The position numbers and the translations under genes are program-made. Below the pieces are notes generated by a model, which ran no database searches, was not told where the DNA came from, and saw nothing but the letters and a program-made list of their open reading frames with translations. A stretch of DNA of 64,000 nt from a virus. Shown here piece after piece: positions 8,293 to 16,716 of this stretch (the first letter of the stretch is position 1; each line of letters opens with the position of its first letter). Location of the stretch: IMG/VR virus record IMGVR_UViG_3300023179_000057, positions 1-64,000 of that record, one strand, 5' to 3'.

Positions 8293-8622
8293 GTGCCAAC
8301 AACATACAAAGTTTTAGGACAATCTAAACCAACTGCTGCAACTGCAACATCTTTATATACAGTTCCAAGTGCAACTCAAGCAGTAGTTTCAACCTTAGTT
8401 ATAACAAATACAACTAATGACTATTCAAACATTCGTGTGTCTATTAGACCTGCTGGCGAAGCACAGGCCGATAAACATTATATTTTATATGATACTACAG
8501 TAGGTGGCTATGATTCAAATTTCTTTACAATTGGAATTACATTAGGAGCAACTGATGTTGTTACAATTTATGACTCTAATGGAAAATGTTCATTTAATCT
8601 ATTTGGATCGGAGATATCATAA
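8293..8622 (+). CDS. Small virion protein (MPTTYKVLGQ type)
   Basis: LYTVPS...VVSTL...GITLGATDV...FNLFGSEIS. Confidence 0.7.
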   Translation: MPTTYKVLGQSKPTAATATSLYTVPSATQAVVSTLVITNTTNDYSNIRVSIRPAGEAQADKHYILYDTTVGGYDSNFFTIGITLGATDVVTIYDSNGKCSFNLFGSEIS

Positions 8623-9098
8623 TGGCAATTAATAATATGCAAAGACCACCACTAAGACATTTAGCAACATATGTTTCTAGTGGAAACTTTCAGGTTCCTG
8701 CAGGAGTAAACAGACTATATGCAACTGTTGATGGATCAACTGCTGTTAATACAAGCAGTCCAGCAGGCCCACCAGGTCCAGCAGGAAGAGGCAGTGGATA
8801 TGTAGAGGTGGTTCCAGGAGGCCAAGTTCAAGTTATTGTTGGTGCAGGAGGAACATCAACTACAGGTTCAGGAGGAACAACGTCTTTTGATGGTGGAATT
8901 ATTGTTACTTCTAGTAGCGGTGGTGGATATCAGGGTCACGAAGGAAATTACCACACTGGCGCTGCAGGATCTGTTACTTTTGCATCATCTTTACCAAGTG
9001 GAGCACCTGCTGGTGCAACAGTAAAAGTAACTGGTACTAGTTCAACCACAACTTCTCCTGGTGGTGGATCACCAGGCAGAGTATATATTTACGGATAA
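8622..9098 (+). CDS. Glycine-rich fibre tip protein
   Basis: SSGNFQVPAGV, V.VGAGG..GGTTSF, G.PGRVYI. Confidence 0.7.
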   Translation: MAINNMQRPPLRHLATYVSSGNFQVPAGVNRLYATVDGSTAVNTSSPAGPPGPAGRGSGYVEVVPGGQVQVIVGAGGTSTTGSGGTTSFDGGIIVTSSSGGGYQGHEGNYHTGAAGSVTFASSLPSGAPAGATVKVTGTSSTTTSPGGGSPGRVYIYG

Positions 9099-9109
9099 AG
9101 GGAAAAAAA

Positions 9110-9286
9110 ATGGCAAAATTTGTAGTTTTAAACTCGGAAAATATAGTTGAAAATATAATTATTGCAAGTTCTTTATCAGTAGCAGAAGATGTTACAAAAG
9201 CAACATGCGTATTAATTAATTCAGAAGACAATGTTCAAATTGGATATACTTATAATGCAGGTTCATTTATTGCACCAGTAGAATAA
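9110..9286 (+). CDS. Small fibre-assembly-like protein (58 aa, not in ORF track)
   Basis: MAKFVVLNSENIVENIIIA...IGYTYNAGSFIAPVE, directly after Gly-rich gene. Confidence 0.65.
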   Translation: MAKFVVLNSENIVENIIIASSLSVAEDVTKATCVLINSEDNVQIGYTYNAGSFIAPVE

Positions 9287-9301
9287 CCAATTTAACAGTT
9301 T

Positions 9302-9354
9302 TTATAAATAAAAATACCCCTTAGAATATTTTTAAGGGGTATATTTATTTATAA
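9302..9354. terminator. Bidirectional intrinsic terminator
   Basis: ATACCCCTTA...TAAGGGGTAT inverted repeat with A/T-rich flanks between convergent genes. Confidence 0.8.
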
Positions 9355-9356
9355 TT

Positions 9357-9899
9357 TTATTTACATGGATATTTGTTGTACCATTCTTGATACCTTTTTC
9401 CATTTATGGAACTCCATGCAGACCAATCTTTCCCACCATTAGTCATATGAAGAGCAATCTGAGCATTTAATACTGGATTTAATAATTCAGCATTTGAATC
9501 TAGTTCAAATTTTTCTCTACGATCTAATCCAAGTTCACCAAGCATATTTATTTGAAATACACCATAGGAACTATCTCCAGTTTTTATATTGCCATTAAAG
9601 GCAAGAGGACGACCATTAGACTCTGCTTTAGCAATAGCACAGGCAGACCTTAAAGCCTTTCCTTCAAACCCTACATGACGTAACATATCAACTAATTGCT
9701 CATCAGTTAAACTATGAGCATTTTCATATTTTTCTAATTTTTTGTCTTTAGAAACCAAAAAAGCCACCTGCTGGGTGGCGGTTTTAATAGACTCTTTAAT
9801 TAGTAAGTTATTTTCGTTTGTAGCCTTTGCTGTACCAACAAAAACGGTACTGCAAATAACTAATGTAAATACCCCTAGCCAAGCATTAGATTCTCTCAT
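9357..9899 (-). CDS. Secreted lysozyme-like/lytic transglycosylase
   Basis: N-terminal hydrophobic signal; AIAKAESNG, SYGVFQIN, LLNPVLNA, DWSAWS; GGAGG RBS. Confidence 0.8.
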   Translation of the reverse strand: MRESNAWLGVFTLVICSTVFVGTAKATNENNLLIKESIKTATQQVAFLVSKDKKLEKYENAHSLTDEQLVDMLRHVGFEGKALRSACAIAKAESNGRPLAFNGNIKTGDSSYGVFQINMLGELGLDRREKFELDSNAELLNPVLNAQIALHMTNGGKDWSAWSSINGKRYQEWYNKYPCK

Positions 9900-9923
9900 T
9901 GTAAAATACCTCCTAGAGAACAA

Positions 9924-9980
9924 ATGCTACCAAGTAGGTAGCATACATTAATTATACCATTGTTTGACCTCTTGAGTCAA
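9924..9980 (-). promoter_or_regulatory. Promoter (TTGACT-18-TATAAT with TG extension) and 5' leader hairpin of the lysozyme-like gene
   Basis: -35 at 9975-9980, -10 at 9951-9956; ATGCTACC/GGTAGCAT hairpin 9924-9944. Confidence 0.6.
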
Positions 9981-10045
9981 ATACCCGCATAAAAATAAAA
10001 AATATTTATAATATTATTATTAGTTAATGGTATAATGATTTAGTT

Positions 10046-10456
10046 ATGGCTACATTTAGAGGTCAAGGTGCAAGTTCTTATTCCGTCGGTTTAACACCAC
10101 CAAATGTGGTTTGGACGGTTGTTCGTGGAGATACTGCTTCATTTCGTGTTTATGTAACAGATGATAATAAAGATCCATTAAATATTTCTGACTGGACAAT
10201 TGCAATGGAAATTAAACGTCCAAATACAAAGCCTGGTGATTTTACAGATGATGCAGAATTAATTATTGAACTTGAACCAGTTCAAACAGAATTAGATGAG
10301 GCTGGAGAATTTACAGTTTCTCTTACAGCAAATGAATCTGTATTATTAGAAACTGGTGACATTTTTGATATTGAATTAAGCGATGAATCTAGGGTTTGGA
10401 CAGTAGCCAGGGGAACAATGAAAGTTATTGAAGACGTAACCAATAGCGAGTCATAA
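10046..10456 (+). CDS. BppU-like virion adaptor (paralog 3)
   Basis: WTVVRGDTASF...FDIEL...WTVARG. Confidence 0.65.
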   Translation: MATFRGQGASSYSVGLTPPNVVWTVVRGDTASFRVYVTDDNKDPLNISDWTIAMEIKRPNTKPGDFTDDAELIIELEPVQTELDEAGEFTVSLTANESVLLETGDIFDIELSDESRVWTVARGTMKVIEDVTNSES

Positions 10457-10677
10457 TGGCATCTGCTGTAATTATTGATACAGATAATCATAAAGCAAAA
10501 TTAGTAAAGTCTGTTGGCTATCCAATATCTAAAATAATTTATAAAGCAAGAGCAGTAAAAATTGAAGAGGTTTTACCTTTTAGGGTTAGATTTGCAACAA
10601 TAGGAATTGGTCCAGCATATGCAAACGTGCCTGGTATTGGTTTACAAATAATTGGTGTAAATAACTATATACTTTAA
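10456..10677 (+). CDS. Hypothetical virion protein
   Basis: TAATG coupling. Confidence 0.6.
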   Translation: MASAVIIDTDNHKAKLVKSVGYPISKIIYKARAVKIEEVLPFRVRFATIGIGPAYANVPGIGLQIIGVNNYIL

Positions 10678-10699
10678 CATATAATGATATAATTGCGAT

Positions 10700-11146
10700 A
10701 TGGCAAAGACATCACTCACCACTGTAAAATCATTATTTCAAACTGGCGATAGACCTACGCAAGAAAACTATGAAGATTTAATTGATAGTACTGCTGCTAG
10801 ATCTACAGATCTTGGATCAGATGGCAATAATGAGTTAACAATTAATGGTATTGAAAACTCAACGGTTTTTGATAGTTTTTCTGCCTCTGAGTGGAGATCA
10901 ATGAAGTATATGATTTCCATTAAATATGTAGCGGGTGGAGCAAACAAATACTATGCTACAGAATTAAACATATTAATTGATGGATCAGATGTATCCGTTA
11001 GTGAATATGGAACTATTGACAATGATGGGAATATTGGCACCATCTCTGTTTCAAGGGCTGGAGGAACAGTTTCATTAACTGTTGTCCCAGTAGGGGGAAT
11101 AACACCAATAACTCTACGTTATATGCGTATGGGTTTAAAGGCCTAA
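10700..11146 (+). CDS. Virion protein sharing its domain with the C-terminus of 11162-13570
   Basis: FQTGDRPT..Y.DLIDS; RSMKY...E...DG..V..SEY. Confidence 0.7.
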   Translation: MAKTSLTTVKSLFQTGDRPTQENYEDLIDSTAARSTDLGSDGNNELTINGIENSTVFDSFSASEWRSMKYMISIKYVAGGANKYYATELNILIDGSDVSVSEYGTIDNDGNIGTISVSRAGGTVSLTVVPVGGITPITLRYMRMGLKA

Positions 11147-11161
11147 CCTAGGAGATAAAAG

Positions 11162-13570
11162 ATGGCAACAGTAACAAAAGACTTTAGAGTAAAAGCGGGG
11201 CTGGTAGTTGAGGGATCAACTGCAACAGTAAATGGCCACGATATACTTACAGAAGCATTAGTAGACGCCAAAGGTGATTTATTAGTTGCTTCAGCAGCAG
11301 ATACCGTAACTCGTCTCGCAGCGGGCACAAACGGATATATTCTCACTGCAAATTCCTCAGCCACAAATGGAATTGAATGGGCAGCAGCACCAGCAGTTGG
11401 AACATTTGAATCAAGCATTACATTTGAAGGTTCTTCAGCAGATGATAATGAAACAACACTTCAAGTAACAAACCCAACTGCAGATAGAACAATTACACTT
11501 CCAGATGCAACTGGACAAGTTGTTCTTCGTGATACAACAGATACACTATCAAACAAATCAATTGCCCTTGGCTCAAATACAGTAACAGGAACAATTGCAG
11601 AATTTAATACCGCATTAACTGATGCAGATTTTGCAACATTATCAGGTACAGAAACTCTTGCTAATAAGACTCTTACCTCACCAACTGTTTCTGGACTTTA
11701 TTTGTCAGACTCTTCAATAGTATTTGAAGGTGCTACAAATAATGGAAATGAAACAACAATTCAGGTAACTGACCCAACATCAGATCGTACAATTACATTT
11801 CCAGATGCAACTGGAACTGTAGCATTAACTTCAGATCTAGGTTCATTTATTACTGCATCAAGTAGCGATACATTAACAAATAAAACAATAAGTGTTGATA
11901 ATAATACAGTTTCTGGTATTGCAGCATCTAGTTTTGTTTTATCAGATGCCTCTGGAAATATTGATGGATCTGCTGCTCAAAAAACAATTCCAACTGGAAC
12001 AGTAGTAGGATCATCAGATAGTCAAACATTAACAAATAAAACAATTTCTGGTTCTGATAATACACTTTCAAATATTGGAAATGGATCACTTACAAATAGT
12101 TCTGTAACAATCAATGGAAACTCTGTTTCACTTGGTTCATCAACAACACTTTATACAGACAGTATTTCTGAAGACGGATCACCAGTAAATCTTTGGTTTA
12201 CAGATGAAAGAGCACAAGATGCTGTTGGAAATGCTGTAGGAAATGGTCTTGATTATGATGATGGTACAGGAGCAATTTCTGTAGATCCAACAGAGTTTTC
12301 ATTAAACTCTATTGGTGCCCCAACTGCTAATGTTGATTTAGCAAGTTACAAAATTACAAATCTTGGAGCACCATCAGCAGACACAGATGCAGCAAATAAA
12401 GCATATGTTGATTCTGCAACTGCAGGACTTAACGTTCATGAATCTGTAGAGGCTGCCACAACAGCAAATATTACACTAGCAAGTGATCTTGAAAATGGAG
12501 ATACTCTTGATGGTGTAACACTTGCAACAGGAAATAGAGTTCTTGTTAAAAACCAAACAGATAAAAGTGAAAATGGTATTTATGTAGTTAAAGCATCAGG
12601 TGCCCCAGATCGTGCACCAGATTATAACTCTGTACCAGAAGTAGATGCAGGAGACTTTGTTTTCGTAGAAGGTGGAACTGTAAACGGAAAGACTGGCTGG
12701 GTCCAAACAAATGTTATTGCAACATTAGGATCAGATGAAATTGCGTTTACTCAGTTCTCAGGTGCTGGAACATATTTAGCAGGTAATGGTTTAACACTAA
12801 CTGGAAATTCATTTAGTATTAATACAACAATTACTGCAGATTTGTCTACTTCACAAACATTCACAAACAAATCAATTAGTGGTTCAACAAACACACTTAC
12901 AAACATTCCAAATAATGCTTTAACAAATTCAGCAATTACTATCAATGGTACATCAGTATCACTTGGTGGAAGTCGCACTCTTGGAACTGATGATGTTTCT
13001 GAAGGATCTACAAACAAGTACTTTACTGATGAACGTGCACAGGATGCTATTGGAAATGCCCTAGGAACAGGCCTTTCATATAATGATACAACTGGTGCAA
13101 TTTCTAACTCAGGTGTAACAGGTCTTACTGGAACAGCAAATCAAATATCAGTATCTGCTTCAACTGGATCAGTTACATTATCTACACCACAAGATATTAA
13201 TTCAACTGCAACACCAACATTTAGTGGAGTTAATGTAGGATCTGTAACACTTACAGATGCTTTACTTGGTACTGCTACTGGAACTGCTTCTGATTCAGCA
13301 ACAGTAATTGATACATGGTCTGCAACAACATACTCAAGTGCTAAATACATTGTTCAAATGAAAAAAGATAATGATATTGAAGTAATTGAAGTTCTTGTTG
13401 CTATAGATGGAAATAACAATGTTTACTTAACAGAATATGCAGATGTATTTAGCAACGCTGTTCTTGGAACTACCGACGCAGATTACAATGGTGGCAATGT
13501 TCGTCTAAAAATCACTGGTACTGCAGCAGGTACTTCTGTAAAGGTAAGCAAAACATATATTGAAGCATAA
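11162..13570 (+). CDS. Long fibre protein 1
   Basis: T/S/G-rich; repeated TLTNKT and PTADRTITLPDATG motifs; AKGDLLVA. Confidence 0.8.
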   Translation: MATVTKDFRVKAGLVVEGSTATVNGHDILTEALVDAKGDLLVASAADTVTRLAAGTNGYILTANSSATNGIEWAAAPAVGTFESSITFEGSSADDNETTLQVTNPTADRTITLPDATGQVVLRDTTDTLSNKSIALGSNTVTGTIAEFNTALTDADFATLSGTETLANKTLTSPTVSGLYLSDSSIVFEGATNNGNETTIQVTDPTSDRTITFPDATGTVALTSDLGSFITASSSDTLTNKTISVDNNTVSGIAASSFVLSDASGNIDGSAAQKTIPTGTVVGSSDSQTLTNKTISGSDNTLSNIGNGSLTNSSVTINGNSVSLGSSTTLYTDSISEDGSPVNLWFTDERAQDAVGNAVGNGLDYDDGTGAISVDPTEFSLNSIGAPTANVDLASYKITNLGAPSADTDAANKAYVDSATAGLNVHESVEAATTANITLASDLENGDTLDGVTLATGNRVLVKNQTDKSENGIYVVKASGAPDRAPDYNSVPEVDAGDFVFVEGGTVNGKTGWVQTNVIATLGSDEIAFTQFSGAGTYLAGNGLTLTGNSFSINTTITADLSTSQTFTNKSISGSTNTLTNIPNNALTNSAITINGTSVSLGGSRTLGTDDVSEGSTNKYFTDERAQDAIGNALGTGLSYNDTTGAISNSGVTGLTGTANQISVSASTGSVTLSTPQDINSTATPTFSGVNVGSVTLTDALLGTATGTASDSATVIDTWSATTYSSAKYIVQMKKDNDIEVIEVLVAIDGNNNVYLTEYADVFSNAVLGTTDADYNGGNVRLKITGTAAGTSVKVSKTYIEA

Positions 13571-13589
13571 TTAGAATAGAGGTCGGAAC

Positions 13590-14042
13590 GTGGCAACCGT
13601 AAATAAAGACTTTAGAGTAAAGCATGGCATTAACGTAGCCGAAGGCGGTACTTTTGGATCAACAGTCACAGTTGCCACTCCAACTCAAAATCAACATGCA
13701 GCAACAAAACTTTATGTAGATACTGCTGTTGGTACACCAACTGTTCCAACAACACAGCCAATTTCTCCAGAAGTTGGAGACTTATGGTTTGATACATTAA
13801 CAGAGCGTGTACATATTTATTATGGATCACAGTGGATTGCTATTGCAACACTTGAAGATGCAGAAACACTACAAGACCATATTCATGATACAGCAATTGA
13901 TGGAACTGGATTAATTGTTAGTACATTTATTAGTGGTGGAGCATATAATGAACCTGGAGTTCTTGTAAGTGCAGGGTTTTATAATACATCAGAGTTTGAA
14001 TCAACATTTGATGGCGGGATAGCAATAGATAATTTTAACTAA
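13590..14042 (+). CDS. Short fibre-associated protein
   Basis: N-terminus MATVNKDFRVK like 11162; HAATKLYVD; GDLWFD. Confidence 0.7.
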   Translation: MATVNKDFRVKHGINVAEGGTFGSTVTVATPTQNQHAATKLYVDTAVGTPTVPTTQPISPEVGDLWFDTLTERVHIYYGSQWIAIATLEDAETLQDHIHDTAIDGTGLIVSTFISGGAYNEPGVLVSAGFYNTSEFESTFDGGIAIDNFN

Positions 14043-14080
14043 TTATCTGTTATAATATGACTAGGTATAAGGAGTAATAA

Positions 14081-16513
14081 ATGGCAACCAGAATGCAACA
14101 ACGCAGAGGTACTGCAGCACAATGGACATCAGCAAATCCAATATTAAATGCTGGTGAAATGGGTTGGGAATCAGATACAAATAAATTTAAAATTGGTGAT
14201 GGTACAAATCACTGGGCTGATCTAGACTATTTTGCTGATATTAACTCTACTATTAATCCTGCTTTTGGTACAAGCATTATTTTTGAGGGTGCTACCGCTG
14301 ACTCATATGAAACTACTCTTCAAGTAACAGATCCAACTGCTGATCGCACAATTACTCTTCCAAACGTTAGTGGTACAGTTATTACAACTGGTAATCTTTC
14401 AGATATTACAGATATTGGTGTATTTACTTCAACAATTACAATGGAAGGCTCTACAGCAGATTCTTATGAATTAACACTTTCAGCAGGAGATCCAACTGCT
14501 GACCGTACGATTACTTTTCCAGATGCTACAGGCACAGTTGCTTTAACATCTGATATAGCAGAACTTTCACAAGATGCTATTAACGATGCTTTAACTGCAG
14601 GTACTGGCATAACAAAAACTTATAATGACTCAGCAAATACATTAACTTTAGCAGTAGATACTACAACAATTCAGGCTCGTGTAGCAGATGTATCTGACAC
14701 CGAAATTGGTTATTTAAATGGTGTAACTTCAGCAATTCAAACACAGTTAGATGCTAAGTCAACAGAATCAAAAACAGAAACCCTTACAAATAAGTCAATT
14801 TCTCTTGCTAGCAATACATTAACTGGAACTACATCAGAATTTAATTCTGCTCTTTCAGACTCTAACTTTGTAACTACTGGTGATACTGGAACAGTTACAA
14901 GCACAATGATTGCAGACGGAACCATAGTTAATGGTGATATTAGCGCTTCTGCTGCTATTGATAAGACTAAGATTTCAGGAACTGCTGTTACCGCAGCAGA
15001 TACAGGCACAGTAACATCCACCATGATTGCAGATGGAACAATTGTTGATGGAGATATTAATGCATCAGCAGCAATTGCTCAATCTAAAATTTCTAATTTA
15101 ACAACAGATTTGGGAAGTAAGTTATCTCTATCTGGCGGTACAATGACAGGTGCAATTGCAATGGGTACAAGCAAGATCACTGGTCTTGGAAGCCCAACAG
15201 CAGATGCAGATGCAGCAACAAAGGCATATGTTGATGCAGCAACAGCAGGACTAAATGTTCATGCATCAGTTCAGGCTGCCACTACAGCAAATATTACATT
15301 AGCAAGTGCTGTTGAAAATGGTGACACACTTGATGGAGTAACTCTTGCAACAGGTAATCGCATTCTTGTAAAGAACCAAACAGATAAAACTGAAAACGGT
15401 GTTTACGTAGTTGCAGCATCAGGAGCACCATCTCGTGCAACAGATTATGACTCTACTCCAGAAGTAGATGCTGGCGATTTTATTTTCGTAGAGGCTGGAA
15501 CAGTAAATGGTAAAACAGGTTGGACTCAAACCAACGTTATTACAGCAATTGGATCAGACAATATTGAGTTTACTCAATTCTCTGGTGCTGGCACATATTC
15601 AGCGGGTACAGGATTAACCCTAACTGGTACAACATTTAGCATTAATACTGGAACTACAGTAGATTTAAATACTGCTCAAACACTCACAAATAAAACAGTT
15701 AATCTTACAAGTAATACACTTAGTGGTACTACGGCTCAGTTTAATACTGCATTAAGCGATGGAGATTTTGCTACCCTTGCAGGTTCAGAAACTCTAACTA
15801 ATAAAACTATTAATGGTTCAAATAATACAATTACAAATGTTTCTTTAACAAGTGGAGTTACTGGCACTCTTCCAGTTGCTAATGGTGGTACAGGAATTAC
15901 ATCACTTGGTACTGGAATAGCAACATTTTTAGGAACTCCATCATCTGCAAATCTTGCCTCTGCAATTACAGATGAAACTGGCTCTGGCGCTCTAGTATTT
16001 GCTAATACGCCTACTTTAGTAACACCAAATATTGGTGCTGCAACTGGCACATCTTTAACAACTACTGGTGGTGGAGTGCTTGCTAGAGCAGCATCTACAC
16101 AAGATGGTGTTGAAATTCGTGGTCGTGCTGGAGGTACTGGAAACTGGGAAGTAATATTAACACCAACAACTTTAACTGCAGATAGAACATTAACACTTCC
16201 AGATGCAACTGGCACAGTTTCACTTCTTGATAATACTGAAACATTATCTAATAAAACATTAGCAAGTGCAGTAGCCACAACAGCATTTACTCTTAATGCT
16301 ACAGCAGAACTTAGATTAGCAGATACAGACTCAAGTCACTATGTTGGTTTTAAGGCACCAGGAACTGTTTCAACAAACAGAATTTGGACACTTCCAAGCG
16401 CAGATGGAACAAGTGGTCAGGTGTTGTCAACAAATGGATCTGGAACACTTTCTTGGTCAACTGCTGGTGGCGGTGGAGCATCCTTTAGCGAATTAATGCT
16501 AATTGGTGCATAG
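14081..16513 (+). CDS. Long fibre protein 2 with Mtd-like N-terminal domain
   Basis: QQRRGTAAQW..ANPIL..GE.G.E.DT.KFKIGDG; shares a ~160-aa module with fibre 1; ends LMLIGA. Confidence 0.85.
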   Translation: MATRMQQRRGTAAQWTSANPILNAGEMGWESDTNKFKIGDGTNHWADLDYFADINSTINPAFGTSIIFEGATADSYETTLQVTDPTADRTITLPNVSGTVITTGNLSDITDIGVFTSTITMEGSTADSYELTLSAGDPTADRTITFPDATGTVALTSDIAELSQDAINDALTAGTGITKTYNDSANTLTLAVDTTTIQARVADVSDTEIGYLNGVTSAIQTQLDAKSTESKTETLTNKSISLASNTLTGTTSEFNSALSDSNFVTTGDTGTVTSTMIADGTIVNGDISASAAIDKTKISGTAVTAADTGTVTSTMIADGTIVDGDINASAAIAQSKISNLTTDLGSKLSLSGGTMTGAIAMGTSKITGLGSPTADADAATKAYVDAATAGLNVHASVQAATTANITLASAVENGDTLDGVTLATGNRILVKNQTDKTENGVYVVAASGAPSRATDYDSTPEVDAGDFIFVEAGTVNGKTGWTQTNVITAIGSDNIEFTQFSGAGTYSAGTGLTLTGTTFSINTGTTVDLNTAQTLTNKTVNLTSNTLSGTTAQFNTALSDGDFATLAGSETLTNKTINGSNNTITNVSLTSGVTGTLPVANGGTGITSLGTGIATFLGTPSSANLASAITDETGSGALVFANTPTLVTPNIGAATGTSLTTTGGGVLARAASTQDGVEIRGRAGGTGNWEVILTPTTLTADRTLTLPDATGTVSLLDNTETLSNKTLASAVATTAFTLNATAELRLADTDSSHYVGFKAPGTVSTNRIWTLPSADGTSGQVLSTNGSGTLSWSTAGGGGASFSELMLIGA

Positions 16514-16695
16514 TACTTAATTAAAATAAAAGTAATCATTTAATTTTTAATTAGTACTTTTAAAAAAGTAAAGCACTAACTATTAACTATATCTTTATAG
16601 TTAATAATTTACGTTTAAAAATATTTTTTTTGTTTTAAATTTTGTGCTACAATATGAGAGTGCTTGTTAAATCTTAAAGCACTTCATTTTTTTTA
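16512..16695 (+). promoter_or_regulatory. Inverted-repeat-rich leader, promoter TGCTACAAT and terminator-like hairpin upstream of nrdJ
   Basis: IRs 16512-16558 and 16581-16606; promoter 16645-16653; AGTGCTT/AAGCACT stem then T8. Confidence 0.5.
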
Positions 16696-16716
16696 TGCAA
16701 GAGAGGCAAAAAATTC

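Noticed and set aside
14081-16513. Diversity-generating retroelement suggested by the Mtd-like N-terminus
   Set aside because: No reverse transcriptase and no adenine-specific TR/VR pair seen; the duplicated module differs mostly at synonymous sites
16514-16716. Cobalamin riboswitch or NrdR box upstream of nrdJ
   Set aside because: Too AT-rich; no B12-box or NrdR consensus recognisable
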